A stretch of DNA of 64,000 nucleotides from assembly GCA_045595365.1 (NCBI GenBank), contig JAZOAI010000011.1, forward strand, positions 12,706 through 76,705, read 5' to 3'. The DNA is from Eubacteriales bacterium. Its GTDB lineage: Bacteria > Bacillota > Clostridia > Oscillospirales > JAAYXM01. Below, in pieces: positions 10,293 to 20,358 of this stretch (position 1 is the stretch's first letter; each line of letters starts with the position of its first letter). Both the position numbers and the translations under genes were made by a program. A model generated the notes under the pieces. The model was not told where the DNA came from. It made no database searches and saw only the letters and a list, made by a program, of their open reading frames with translations.

Positions 10293-10309
10293 TACTTGGA
10301 GGTAGCCTG

Positions 10310-11578
10310 ATGAAGATAATGGTCGTAGGTGGCGGCGGCAGAGAACATGCCATCATTAAAAAGATAAAGGAAAATAAAAACGTAACAGAAATTTTTGCGC
10401 TTCCCGGAAACGGCGGTATGGCAAAAGATGCGATTTGCGTTGATATAGGAGCAAAGGACATACCGGCAATAGTCGATTTTGCCGTCTCAAACAAGATTGA
10501 TTACGCAATCGTCGCGCCGGATGACCCTCTCGTTCTCGGTGCTGTTGACGCTCTTGAAGATGCGGGTATCCCGTGTTTTGGTCCTCGTGCAAACGCGGCA
10601 ATCATTGAAGGAAGTAAGGTTTTTTCGAAAAACCTTATGAAAAAATATAACATCCCCACAGCGCAGTACGAAGTATTTGACAATATGGAAAACGCACTTA
10701 AATACCTTGAAACTGCGCCGATCCCGACGGTCATCAAGGCAGACGGCCTTGCACTCGGAAAAGGTGTCATAATCGCTGAAACTCGCGAGGCTGCAAAGAA
10801 TGCCGTAAAATCAATGATGCAGGACAAGGCTTTTGGCAAGAGCGGCGAAACTGTCGTCGTTGAAGAGTTCTTGACCGGACCTGAGGTATCTGTCCTTGCG
10901 TTTACCGACGGAAAGACTGTAATCCCGATGATTTCATCTATGGACCATAAGCGTGCAGGGGACAACGATACAGGCCTTAATACGGGCGGTATGGGTACGG
11001 TTGCTCCAAACCCTTATTATACAAAAGATATTGCAACCTTATGTATGGATTCAATTTTTATTCCGACTATTCTTGCAATGCGCGAAGAGGGGAGACCCTT
11101 CAAAGGTTGTCTCTACTTCGGGCTTATGCTGACTGCAGACGGGCCGAAGGTTATTGAATATAACTGCCGTTTCGGTGACCCTGAAACTCAGGTTGTTCTC
11201 CCGCTTCTTGAAAGTGACCTCCTCACTGTTATGCAGGCAGTTACAAACGAAAAGCTCAGGGAAACTCCGGTTAAGTTTTCAGAAAAGAGCGCGTGTTGCG
11301 TAATAATGGCATCAAAGGGATACCCCGAAGCTTACGAGACGGGTTTTGAAATGGATATTCCGGAAGATATTTCAGAGAATGTGTACGTTGCAGGGGCAAA
11401 GCTTTCAGGCGATAAGCTCCTCACAAACGGCGGAAGAGTTCTCGGCGCTACGGCAGTTGCTGACACACTTGAAGATGCAGTTGCGGGCGCATATAAGCTC
11501 GTTTCGCGGATAAAGTTCGACAATGCTTATTACAGAAAAGACATAGGCAAAAAAGCACTTTCTGCAAAGGAGAGATAG
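10310..11578 (+). CDS. purD: Phosphoribosylamine--glycine ligase
   Basis: 422 aa with MKIMVVGGGGREHAI...ATP-grasp...EYNCRFGDPETQ. Confidence 0.95.
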   Translation: MKIMVVGGGGREHAIIKKIKENKNVTEIFALPGNGGMAKDAICVDIGAKDIPAIVDFAVSNKIDYAIVAPDDPLVLGAVDALEDAGIPCFGPRANAAIIEGSKVFSKNLMKKYNIPTAQYEVFDNMENALKYLETAPIPTVIKADGLALGKGVIIAETREAAKNAVKSMMQDKAFGKSGETVVVEEFLTGPEVSVLAFTDGKTVIPMISSMDHKRAGDNDTGLNTGGMGTVAPNPYYTKDIATLCMDSIFIPTILAMREEGRPFKGCLYFGLMLTADGPKVIEYNCRFGDPETQVVLPLLESDLLTVMQAVTNEKLRETPVKFSEKSACCVIMASKGYPEAYETGFEMDIPEDISENVYVAGAKLSGDKLLTNGGRVLGATAVADTLEDAVAGAYKLVSRIKFDNAYYRKDIGKKALSAKER

Positions 11579-11582
11579 GGTT

Positions 11583-14500
11583 ATGGTATATAGAGTATAT
11601 GTTGAAAAGAAAAAAGAGCTTGCAAACGAAGCCCGCGCGCTTCTCTCCGATGCGCGAAGCCTTCTCGGGATTAAAAAACTTTCCGATGTAAGAATCATAA
11701 ACCGCTATGATGCTGAAAACATTTCAGAAGAGCTTTTTGAATATGCAAAGAAAACAGTTTTTTCGGAACCTCAGCTTGATATAGTTTCTGATGAAATTGA
11801 TTTTAGCTGTGATTTGACGGCGTTTGCGGTAGAGTATCTTCCCGGGCAGTTTGACCAGCGTGCAGATTCTGCGGCGCAGTGTATTCAGATTATTTCCCAG
11901 GGAGACCGCCCGACGGTCAGAACTGCAAAGGTTTATATTCTCTACGGTGCTTTGAGCGATTCTGAGCTTTCGGAAGTCAAGAAATATGTCATAAACCCTG
12001 TTGAAGCGAGAGAAGCTTCTTTGGAGAAGCCTGAAACGCTAAAAACCGAGTATGATATTCCCACAACAGTTGAAACAATCGACGGGTTTATTGACCTTGG
12101 CCGTAAGGGGCTTGAGGATTTTGTTTCGAAATACGGCCTTGCTATGGATGCAGATGACATCGAATTCTGCCAGAGCTATTTCGTGAAAGAGGGAAGAAAC
12201 CCGACTATCACGGAAATCAGAATGATAGATACCTACTGGTCAGACCATTGCCGCCATACGACGTTTTTGACTACTATTGACGACGTGAAGTTTGAAGACG
12301 AGCTTCTTGCCGCTACATATGAAGAATATCTCGAAGTCCGCCGCAGTCTCGGCAGAACAAAGCCAATTTGCCTCATGGACCTTGCGACTGTTGCGGTTAA
12401 GTATCTTCGCGCAAACGGCGAGCTTTCAAAGCTTGACGAATCAGAAGAAATCAACGCCTGCACGGTCAAAATTGATGTTGAGGTTGACGGCAAGGTTGAA
12501 CCCTGGCTTCTCCTCTTCAAAAACGAGACGCACAATCATCCCACGGAAATTGAGCCCTTTGGCGGCGCGGCAACGTGTATCGGCGGCGCAATCCGTGACC
12601 CGCTTTCTGGCCGTTCCTATGTTTACGGCGCTATGCGCTTAACCGGCGCTGCAGACCCCTTAAAGCCCGTAAGCGAAACAATCAAAGGAAAGCTTCCGCA
12701 GAGAAAGATTGTAACTACAGCTGCTGCGGGATACTCATCCTACGGAAACCAGATAGGCCTTGCAACGGGTATCGTAGATGAAATTTATCACGACGGTTAT
12801 GCCGCAAAGCGTATGGAAATCGGAGCTGTTATTGCTGCAGCCCCGCAGGAGAATGTAAGACGCGAGAGACCTGTGGCTGGAGACATCGTCATTCTTCTCG
12901 GCGGCAGCACCGGTCGCGACGGCTGCGGCGGGGCAACCGGCTCATCAAAATCCCATACTGCAGATTCTCTTGAAACCTGCGGTGCAGAGGTTCAGAAGGG
13001 CAACGCTCCTGAAGAAAGAAAGCTTCAGCGCCTTTTCAGAAACCCTGAGGCGAGCAAGCTTATAAAGCGTTGTAACGACTTTGGCGCAGGCGGAGTTTCT
13101 GTCGCCATAGGCGAGCTTGCAGATGGGCTTGAAATTAACCTTGATGCAGTCCCGAAGAAATACGAAGGCCTTGATGGAACAGAGCTTGCAATAAGCGAGT
13201 CACAGGAGCGCATGGCGTGTGTAATTGAGGCTAAAGATAAAGAGCGCTTCTTAGAACTTGCGGCAGAAGAAAATCTCCAGGCGTGCGCTGTTGCGGTTGT
13301 AACCGAGTCTCCGCGGCTTGTTATGAACTGGAACGGAAACAAAATAGTAGACATCAGCCGTGAATTTTTAAATTCAAACGGTGCTGAGAAACACATAACC
13401 GTTGAAGCTGCAAAGCCGAGACTTTCTGAAAAGAAGGTGGAAGGCAACTTCACCGAAAATTATAAAAAGCTTGCAGATGACCTTAACGTCTGCTCAAAGC
13501 GCGGGCTTTCTGAGAGGTTTGACTCTACAATCGGCGCAGGAACTGTTCTTATGCCCTTTGGCGGAAAGCATCAGCTCACTCCGATTCAGGCTATGGTTCA
13601 GAAAATTTCAGTTGAGAAGAAGCATACCGACACCTGCTCGTTTATGTCGTGGGGATATAACCCGTTCCTCACGGAGCAGAGCCCGTATCACGGCGCATAT
13701 ATGGCAGTTGTCGAGTCTGTATGTAAGCTTATTGCAACAGGCGCGAGCTTCGACGAGGTGTATCTCACCTTCCAGGAATACTTCGAGCGCCTTGGCCGCG
13801 ACCCGAAGCGTTGGGGCAAACCGATGTCAGCTCTTCTCGGTGCGTTTAAGGCTCAGAAAGAGCTTCGAATCGGCTCAATCGGCGGTAAGGACTCTATGAG
13901 TGGCTCGTTTGAAGACCTTGACGTTCCTCCGACACTCGTGTCATTTGCAGTTACCTGCGGAAAGGTTTCAGACGTTATCTCTCCTGAGTTCAAGAAGGCA
14001 GGGAGCCGCGTTGTTTGTCTCTCTCCCGAGTTTGATGAGAACAATCTGCCCAAGACAGAATCTCTCCTTGCTCTATTTAAAAAGGTAACAGAGCTTATGC
14101 GCAAAGGAAAGGTTCTTGCGTGTTACACTCCCGGCATCGGGGGAATAGCTGAAGCTGTTATGAAGATGGCCTTCGGAAACGGCTTCGGGTTTAAGTTCGA
14201 TGAAAAGCTCACCATGTCCGAACTTTTTGGATACAGTTACGCATCCTTTTTCCTTGAGGTTACGGAAGCCGTTGCCGGCGCAAAGGAAATCGGTAGCGTA
14301 ACCGAAGACTTAAGCTTTACATACGGAAATGAAAGCATTAGCTTTGCAGAGCTTCTCAATATATATGAAAACAAGCTCGAAAGCGTGTTCAGCTGTAACA
14401 TTGAGGATACAAAGTCACCTGTGAAGAACTTTAGCTTCACAGATAAAAAACATATCGCTCCGAAGATTCACTCTGCAAAGCCGAAGGTTTTGATTCCGGC

Positions 14501-15275
14501 GTTCCCGGGAACAAACTGTGAATACGACTCCGCAAAGGCTGTGCGTGATGCAGGAGCTGAGCCCGAGATTGTTGTTATAAAGAACCTCACTTCAGATGCA
14601 ATAAAAAGTAGTGTGGAAGACTTTGCAAAGCGCCTAAAGAGCGCGCAGATGGTCTTTATCCCCGGTGGCTTCTCAGGGGGAGACGAGCCTGACGGCAGCG
14701 GAAAGTTTATAACTGCATTCTTCAGAAACACGGCGATAAAAGAAGGAGTTACAGAGCTTCTCGATTCGCGTGACGGTCTTATGTGCGGAATCTGCAACGG
14801 TTTCCAGGCGCTTATTAAGCTTGGCCTTGTTCCGTATGGAAAGATTATTGACACTGATGAAAACTGCCCGACGCTCACCTTCAACACAATCGCGCGACAT
14901 CAGTCAAAGATTGTGAGAACGCGTGTTGCATCCAATAAATCTCCCTGGCTCTCGCTTACAAATGTCGGAGATGTATATACGGTTCCGATTTCTCACGGTG
15001 AAGGAAGATTCCTTGCAGACGAGAAGCTCATCGAAGAGCTTGCGAGAAATGGCCAGATTGCAACGCAGTATGTTGACCTTGACGGCAACGCAACAAGTGA
15101 CGTCAGATTCAATCCGAATGACTCAATGTATGCAATCGAGGGAATAACCTCGCCTGACGGAAGAGTTTTCGGAAAAATGGGCCACAGTGAGCGTGTAGGC
15201 AACGGCCTTTATAAAAATGTTATCGGAAATTACGACATTCGTATGTTTGAAGCCGCAGTAAAGTACTTTAAATAA
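11583..15275 (+). CDS. purL: Single-chain phosphoribosylformylglycinamidine synthase (large PurL with fused glutaminase domain)
   Basis: 1230 aa with ...SDHCRHTTF..NETHNHPTEIEPFGGAATCIGG... and a C-terminal GATase domain (GICNGFQAL ... SHGEGRF). Confidence 0.95.
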   Translation: MVYRVYVEKKKELANEARALLSDARSLLGIKKLSDVRIINRYDAENISEELFEYAKKTVFSEPQLDIVSDEIDFSCDLTAFAVEYLPGQFDQRADSAAQCIQIISQGDRPTVRTAKVYILYGALSDSELSEVKKYVINPVEAREASLEKPETLKTEYDIPTTVETIDGFIDLGRKGLEDFVSKYGLAMDADDIEFCQSYFVKEGRNPTITEIRMIDTYWSDHCRHTTFLTTIDDVKFEDELLAATYEEYLEVRRSLGRTKPICLMDLATVAVKYLRANGELSKLDESEEINACTVKIDVEVDGKVEPWLLLFKNETHNHPTEIEPFGGAATCIGGAIRDPLSGRSYVYGAMRLTGAADPLKPVSETIKGKLPQRKIVTTAAAGYSSYGNQIGLATGIVDEIYHDGYAAKRMEIGAVIAAAPQENVRRERPVAGDIVILLGGSTGRDGCGGATGSSKSHTADSLETCGAEVQKGNAPEERKLQRLFRNPEASKLIKRCNDFGAGGVSVAIGELADGLEINLDAVPKKYEGLDGTELAISESQERMACVIEAKDKERFLELAAEENLQACAVAVVTESPRLVMNWNGNKIVDISREFLNSNGAEKHITVEAAKPRLSEKKVEGNFTENYKKLADDLNVCSKRGLSERFDSTIGAGTVLMPFGGKHQLTPIQAMVQKISVEKKHTDTCSFMSWGYNPFLTEQSPYHGAYMAVVESVCKLIATGASFDEVYLTFQEYFERLGRDPKRWGKPMSALLGAFKAQKELRIGSIGGKDSMSGSFEDLDVPPTLVSFAVTCGKVSDVISPEFKKAGSRVVCLSPEFDENNLPKTESLLALFKKVTELMRKGKVLACYTPGIGGIAEAVMKMAFGNGFGFKFDEKLTMSELFGYSYASFFLEVTEAVAGAKEIGSVTEDLSFTYGNESISFAELLNIYENKLESVFSCNIEDTKSPVKNFSFTDKKHIAPKIHSAKPKVLIPAFPGTNCEYDSAKAVRDAGAEPEIVVIKNLTSDAIKSSVEDFAKRLKSAQMVFIPGGFSGGDEPDGSGKFITAFFRNTAIKEGVTELLDSRDGLMCGICNGFQALIKLGLVPYGKIIDTDENCPTLTFNTIARHQSKIVRTRVASNKSPWLSLTNVGDVYTVPISHGEGRFLADEKLIEELARNGQIATQYVDLDGNATSDVRFNPNDSMYAIEGITSPDGRVFGKMGHSERVGNGLYKNVIGNYDIRMFEAAVKYFK

Positions 15276-15296
15276 AACCTTTTTGGGGGTAAGAAA

Positions 15297-16973
15297 ATGG
15301 CGTACAAAAGCGATATTGAAATTGCTCAGAGCTGTGAGATGAAGCCGATAGGTGAAATTGCGGAGAAAGCGCATGTCGATGAGAAGTACATCGAACAGTA
15401 CGGCAAATATAAGGCAAAGATTGACCTTTCGCTTCTTTCTGAGAGCAATAGAGCTGACGGAAAGCTTATTCTCGTAACCGCAATAACCCCGACCCCTGCG
15501 GGAGAAGGAAAGACAACTACAACAATAGGCCTTGCAGACGGCCTTGCCCGAATAGGGAAGGACGTTACCGTTGCATTGCGAGAGCCGTCTCTCGGGCCGG
15601 TCTTCGGTGTCAAGGGCGGTGCCGCAGGCGGTGGATATGCGCAGGTTGTCCCCATGGAGGATATCAACCTCCATTTCACGGGCGATTTTCACGCAATCGG
15701 CGCTGCAAACAACCTCCTTGCCGCGATGCTTGATAATCACATTCACCAGGGCAACGCGCTCGGGATTGACGTCAGAAGGATAACGTGGCGCCGATGTGTT
15801 GATATGAATGACCGCGTGCTTCGGAATATTGCCTGTGGGCTTGGCGGGGCAAAAAACGGTGTTCCGCGTGAGGACGGATACGACATAACTGTTGCAAGCG
15901 AGATTATGGCAGTTTTGTGCCTTTCAAGCTCAATTTCAGACCTCAAGGCACGCCTTTCAAGAATGATAGTCGCCTATACCTATGAGGGGAAGCCTGTCAC
16001 CTGCGGCGATATTAACGCGCAAGGCGCGATGACTGCGCTTTTGAAGGATGCAATAAAGCCAAACCTTGTCCAGACACTTGAAGGCACTCCTGCGTTTGTC
16101 CACGGCGGGCCATTTGCCAATATTGCTCACGGCTGCAATTCCGTTGTAGCAACCCGCCTTGCCCTTAAAATGGGGGACTATACAGTTACGGAAGCCGGAT
16201 TTGGCGCAGACCTTGGAGCTGAGAAGTTTTTGGATATTAAATGTCGCGTTGCGGGGCTCACGCCGGCGGCAGTTGTCGTTGTTGCGACTGTCCGTGCGCT
16301 TAAGATGCACGGCGGCAGAGCGAAAGGCGAGCTTAACGAAGAAGATATTTCAGCTCTCGAAAAGGGAATCCCCAATCTTCTTCGCCATGTTTCCAATATC
16401 AAAAATGTTTACAAGCTTCCTTGCGTTGTCGCAGTCAACCGCTTCCCAACGGATACGGATAATGAGATAGAGTATATTATTGATAAATGTCGTGAGCTTG
16501 GAGTCAACACGGTTCTCTCAACCGTATGGGCTGACGGTGGCCGTGGTGGCGAGGAGCTTGCGAAAGAGGTTGTTCGCCTCTGTGAAGAAGAAAAGGGCGA
16601 ATTCAGCTTCAGCTATGAGCTTGATATGCCTATTGAAGAAAAGATTCGAGCTGTTGCTTGCAGGGTTTACGGCGGAAGCGGAATTTCAATTCTTCCTCAG
16701 GCGAAGAAGCAGATTGACGAGCTTGAGAGCTTAGGTTTCGGAAACCTTCCTATATGCGTTGCAAAAACTCAATACAGCTTTTCGGATGACCCTCAAAAGC
16801 TTGGCGCACCGGAGGATTTTAAAATCACGGTCAGAAACGTTAAAATCTCTGCGGGAGCAGGGTTCATAGTAGTCCTCACGGGCGATATTATGACGATGCC
16901 GGGGCTTCCGAAGGTTCCGGCAGCCGAGAAAATTGACGTCACGGATGACGGCATAATAACAGGGCTTTTCTAA
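15297..16973 (+). CDS. fhs: Formate--tetrahydrofolate ligase
   Basis: 558 aa with [16 protein letters not shown]...[13 protein letters not shown]. Confidence 0.95.
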   Translation: MAYKSDIEIAQSCEMKPIGEIAEKAHVDEKYIEQYGKYKAKIDLSLLSESNRADGKLILVTAITPTPAGEGKTTTTIGLADGLARIGKDVTVALREPSLGPVFGVKGGAAGGGYAQVVPMEDINLHFTGDFHAIGAANNLLAAMLDNHIHQGNALGIDVRRITWRRCVDMNDRVLRNIACGLGGAKNGVPREDGYDITVASEIMAVLCLSSSISDLKARLSRMIVAYTYEGKPVTCGDINAQGAMTALLKDAIKPNLVQTLEGTPAFVHGGPFANIAHGCNSVVATRLALKMGDYTVTEAGFGADLGAEKFLDIKCRVAGLTPAAVVVVATVRALKMHGGRAKGELNEEDISALEKGIPNLLRHVSNIKNVYKLPCVVAVNRFPTDTDNEIEYIIDKCRELGVNTVLSTVWADGGRGGEELAKEVVRLCEEEKGEFSFSYELDMPIEEKIRAVACRVYGGSGISILPQAKKQIDELESLGFGNLPICVAKTQYSFSDDPQKLGAPEDFKITVRNVKISAGAGFIVVLTGDIMTMPGLPKVPAAEKIDVTDDGIITGLF

Positions 16974-16986
16974 AAACAAAACAAAA

Positions 16987-17016
16987 GAAGCAGGTGCGCA
17001 GCACCTGCTTCTTTTC
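16987..17016. terminator. Bidirectional intrinsic terminator between fhs and the NhaC-family gene
   Basis: GAAGCAGGTGC-gca-GCACCTGCTTC is flanked by an A-rich run upstream and TTTTC downstream. Confidence 0.8.
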
Positions 17017-17027
17017 TATATCTTAAA

Positions 17028-18851
17028 TTATGCTTTCTTTTTTGCTGTGATTGCCTTGACTATGAAGAGAAGCGCGAGCATAAGAACAAGCGCAATCGGT
17101 AAGGAAATCCACACGTTCTTAACAAAGCCCGCAACGATGTATGCAACGAAGGAAACCGCTGCAACAGTCAACGCATACGGAAGCTGTGTGGAAACGTGGT
17201 TTATGTGGTTGCACTGCGCACCCGCAGAGGACATAATCGTTGTATCTGAAATCGGAGAGCAGTGGTCACCGCATACGGCACCTGCCATACAAGCTGAAAT
17301 TGCAATAACGCAGATTTCGTTGCTGATTGAACCACCGAAGATTGCAAGGACAATCGGAATGAGAATTCCGAAGGTTCCCCAGGATGTTCCGGTTGCAAAC
17401 GAAAGACCGACAGCAATAAGGAATACGATTGCCGGAAGAATCGGGAGAAATGCACTTGCGCTTGTGCGGACAAATTCAGCGATATAAATCTTTGCGCCGA
17501 GGCTGTCTGTCATAGCCTTGAGAGTCCATGCGCAACAGAGAATCATAATTGCAGGTACCATTGCCTTGAATCCTTCAGGAATAGCTTCCATACAAGCCTT
17601 GAAGGAGAGAACGCGTCTGCAGAGGAAGTAAATGATTGAGAAGATAAGCCCTGCAAATGAGCCGAATACAAGGCCCTGAGAAGCATCTGCATTGGAGAAG
17701 GACTCAATGAAGCTTGTCCCTGAGAAGAAGCCGCCTGAGTAGATAAGGCCGATAACGCACGAAGCAACAAGAACGACAACCGGAGCGACAAGATCCCAGA
17801 CGCTTCCTTTTTTGTTTGTATCGGATTCTTCAAGCTTTTCAAGCATCTCTTTTTCGTTGGATGAGAAAATATCTCCGTTTTGTGCGTTGATTTCGTGCTT
17901 CTTCATCGGTCCGAAGTCAAACTTCATAAGCGTGATGCAAACTATCATAAGAAGTGTAAGGATAGCATAGAAGTTATAGGGGATTGCCTTTATAAACAAG
18001 CTAAGCCCGCTTATCTGGTCTTCGGAAACAAATCCTGCAACGGCAGCAGCCCAGGAAGAAATCGGAGCAATTATGCAAATCGGAGCCGCTGTTGAGTCGA
18101 TAATATACGCAAGCTTTGAGCGCGAAATGTTAAACTTATCCGAAACAGGGCGCATAACAGAGCCGACCGTGAGGCAGTTGAAGTAGTCATCAACAAAGAT
18201 AAGAACGCCGAGAACGATTGTTGCAAGCTGCGCGCCAACGCGCGACTTGATGTGGGTTGATGCCCAACGCCCGAAAGCAGCCGAGCCACCTGATTTGTTC
18301 ATAAGAGAAACAATCGCGCCGAGAACAACAAGGAAGATTATGATTCCGATGTTGTAGGGATCGGCAATAGACGAAATAAATCCGTCTACAAACAGGTGGT
18401 CAACAGTGGCTGAGAAATTGAAGTTCGCATACATCAGCGCACCTGCAGCGATTCCGATAAAGAGAGAAGAGTAAACTTCTTTTGTGATAAGTGCAAGAAG
18501 AATTGCGATAATCGGCGGGAGCAGGGAGAGAAGCGTTCCAAAAGGCTTGACGTCGTGTCTCTTTGCTGTGAGAGCCTTGTCAAGGTTTTCTCCGAAAGCT
18601 TCCTTGTCAGATGTTGCGACATTGTCGGAATAACTATCGATAAATGTTGATGCGGCAGTTGTGTAATCAGCAATTTCTTCATCTGTCATATTGTCAGGAT
18701 CAAACGCTTCTGCGTTGTCGATAAACGCAACGGCGTTTTCGTTGTCCTCGAGGTCGACATCTGCAGCGAATGCAGCAGGGAAGACCGAACAGAGAAGAAT
18801 GATGATCAGTGCAATGCTTGCGAGAATGCGCGATTTTCTGAAGTGATTCAT
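17028..18851 (-). CDS. NhaC-family (Na+/H+ antiporter-like) transporter, riboswitch context suggests a lysine transporter
   Basis: 607 aa polytopic membrane protein with an NhaC-like core. It carries an extra N-terminal signal-like segment plus an acidic region. AGGAGGG lies 9 nt before the ATG. Confidence 0.8.
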   Translation of the reverse strand: MNHFRKSRILASIALIIILLCSVFPAAFAADVDLEDNENAVAFIDNAEAFDPDNMTDEEIADYTTAASTFIDSYSDNVATSDKEAFGENLDKALTAKRHDVKPFGTLLSLLPPIIAILLALITKEVYSSLFIGIAAGALMYANFNFSATVDHLFVDGFISSIADPYNIGIIIFLVVLGAIVSLMNKSGGSAAFGRWASTHIKSRVGAQLATIVLGVLIFVDDYFNCLTVGSVMRPVSDKFNISRSKLAYIIDSTAAPICIIAPISSWAAAVAGFVSEDQISGLSLFIKAIPYNFYAILTLLMIVCITLMKFDFGPMKKHEINAQNGDIFSSNEKEMLEKLEESDTNKKGSVWDLVAPVVVLVASCVIGLIYSGGFFSGTSFIESFSNADASQGLVFGSFAGLIFSIIYFLCRRVLSFKACMEAIPEGFKAMVPAIMILCCAWTLKAMTDSLGAKIYIAEFVRTSASAFLPILPAIVFLIAVGLSFATGTSWGTFGILIPIVLAIFGGSISNEICVIAISACMAGAVCGDHCSPISDTTIMSSAGAQCNHINHVSTQLPYALTVAAVSFVAYIVAGFVKNVWISLPIALVLMLALLFIVKAITAKKKA

Positions 18852-18867
18852 ATCTTTTCACCCTCCT

Positions 18868-18912
18868 AAAAAATTAGAGGCTATGACACCGGATGAGCAG
18901 TCTCATAGCCTC
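18868..18912 (-). terminator. Intrinsic terminator (expression platform of the lysine riboswitch)
   Basis: On the minus strand, GAGGCTATGA-16 nt-TCATAGCCTC is followed by TAATTTTTT. It sits between the aptamer and the RBS. Confidence 0.8.
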
Positions 18913-18945
18913 AGAATATCACAAGGATACAGAAGGGATTATTAA

Positions 18946-19106
18946 GATAGCTCTCCACATTGTCAGTGACAGTCCGAAGTATATTATACTACGGCCCAGC
19001 AAAGCCAAACATCAGGCTGATAAAGCTTTGCTTCGGCAAAGATTCCTTTCACTGCCCGACAATTCCTGAACGACGGGAAGATACTCATAATCAATGCGCC
19101 TCTATC
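18946..19106 (-). promoter_or_regulatory. Lysine riboswitch (L-box) aptamer
   Basis: The minus strand reads GATAGAGGCGC...GAGTA...GTGAAAGGAA...GCCGAAGC...TGCTGGGCCG...GGACTGTCAC...TGTGGAGAGCTATC. P1 is GATAG/CTATC and the conserved L-box islands appear in the right order. Confidence 0.85.
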
Positions 19107-19204
19107 AAAATTATTAACTATATGTTAACATATGCTATGGAGAGTTTCAAGTGGCAGAATACACAAAATTTTGTCGGAAGATGTAGTAATATACACTAAA
19201 ATTC

Positions 19205-19906
19205 TTACAGATATTCGCGAAGCTTTGAAATTGCCGCCCGCTCAATTCGGGAAACCTGAACCTGAGAAATCCTCATAACCTTAGCTGATTGAGTCTGTGT
19301 AAGCCCTTTAAAAAAACGGAGCTTGATAACGGTCTGCTCACGCGGCTTGAGCTTTCCGATGGCGTCGGAAAGAGAGATGTACTCAAGGGAAGTATCTTCG
19401 ATTCCCTGATTTCCGAGGATTTCGCCAAGCGTCTGTCCGTCTTCATTTATTTCACGGTTGAGTGAATCGGTGCGAAGGGTTGCAGATTCTGCCTGAGCTA
19501 TTTCCTCAGCTGTGAAGCCTGTCAGCTCTGAAATTTCGGAAAGGGTCGGCTGTCTGTTGAGTTTATTCTGAAGCTCATCTGAAGCAAGTTTGATTTTCAG
19601 TGCCCTTTCCTTTATGGTCCGGCTCACCTTTATAGCTCCGTCATCGCGTAGAAAACGGCGAATTTCACCTGAAATTTTCGGAACTGCATAGGTAGAAAAC
19701 TGGTTTCCGAGCGATTCGTCAAAGCCGCGTATTGCCTTTAAAAGTCCCAGACAGCCGAGCTGATACAAGTCCTCAGGCTCAGCACCCCTCCCGATAAAAC
19801 GCTTGACAATGCTCCATATTAAAGGTGAATTGTCGCAAATGAGCTTTTCAAAGGCAAACTCATCGCCCTTTTTTGCCAGAGCAATAAGGCGCTCAGTATC
19901 CGTCAC
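19205..19906 (-). CDS. sigF: Sporulation sigma factor SigF
   Basis: 233 aa sigma-70 family protein (regions 2-4, ...FSTYAVPKISGEIRRFLRDDG...). It lies directly after spoIIAA-spoIIAB with a 4-nt overlap. Confidence 0.9.
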   Translation of the reverse strand: MTDTERLIALAKKGDEFAFEKLICDNSPLIWSIVKRFIGRGAEPEDLYQLGCLGLLKAIRGFDESLGNQFSTYAVPKISGEIRRFLRDDGAIKVSRTIKERALKIKLASDELQNKLNRQPTLSEISELTGFTAEEIAQAESATLRTDSLNREINEDGQTLGEILGNQGIEDTSLEYISLSDAIGKLKPREQTVIKLRFFKGLTQTQSAKVMRISQVQVSRIERAAISKLREYL

Positions 19907-20349
19907 AGGGATTTACCTCCACTGCGCATAGATATGCGCTTTTTCATTATTATCGACGTGCCTTTTCCCGGTGTTGAACGAACTTTGAGATTATCCGTGA
20001 AGCTTTCCATAATTGTAAAGCCCATCCCTGAACGGTCTGAACCTCCGGTTGTAAACATAGGTGTTTTTGCCGCCTGAATGTCAGGGATTCCAAGCCCACG
20101 GTCACGAATCATAATTTCAAGAAGATTTCCTTCAAAAATGCGAAGCCGTATGTAAATTTTGCCGACGGAGTCGGGGTATGCATGCACTATGCAGTTTGTG
20201 ACAGCTTCGCTTACAGCGGTTTTAATGTCCTCAACCTCTTCAAGTGTTGGGTCAAGTTGAGCAGCAAAAGCAGAGACTACGGCTCTTGCATAGCTTTCGT
20301 TTGTCGATTTGCTGGGGAAAGTGATTGAAACTTCGTTTATTATATTCAT
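19903..20349 (-). CDS. spoIIAB: Anti-sigma F factor (serine kinase SpoIIAB)
   Basis: 148 aa HATPase_c-type protein (AVSEAVTNCIVHAY...RDRGLGIPD...SGMGFTIM). Confidence 0.92.
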   Translation of the reverse strand: MNIINEVSITFPSKSTNESYARAVVSAFAAQLDPTLEEVEDIKTAVSEAVTNCIVHAYPDSVGKIYIRLRIFEGNLLEIMIRDRGLGIPDIQAAKTPMFTTGGSDRSGMGFTIMESFTDNLKVRSTPGKGTSIIMKKRISMRSGGKSL

Positions 20350-20358
20350 AAAAACCTC

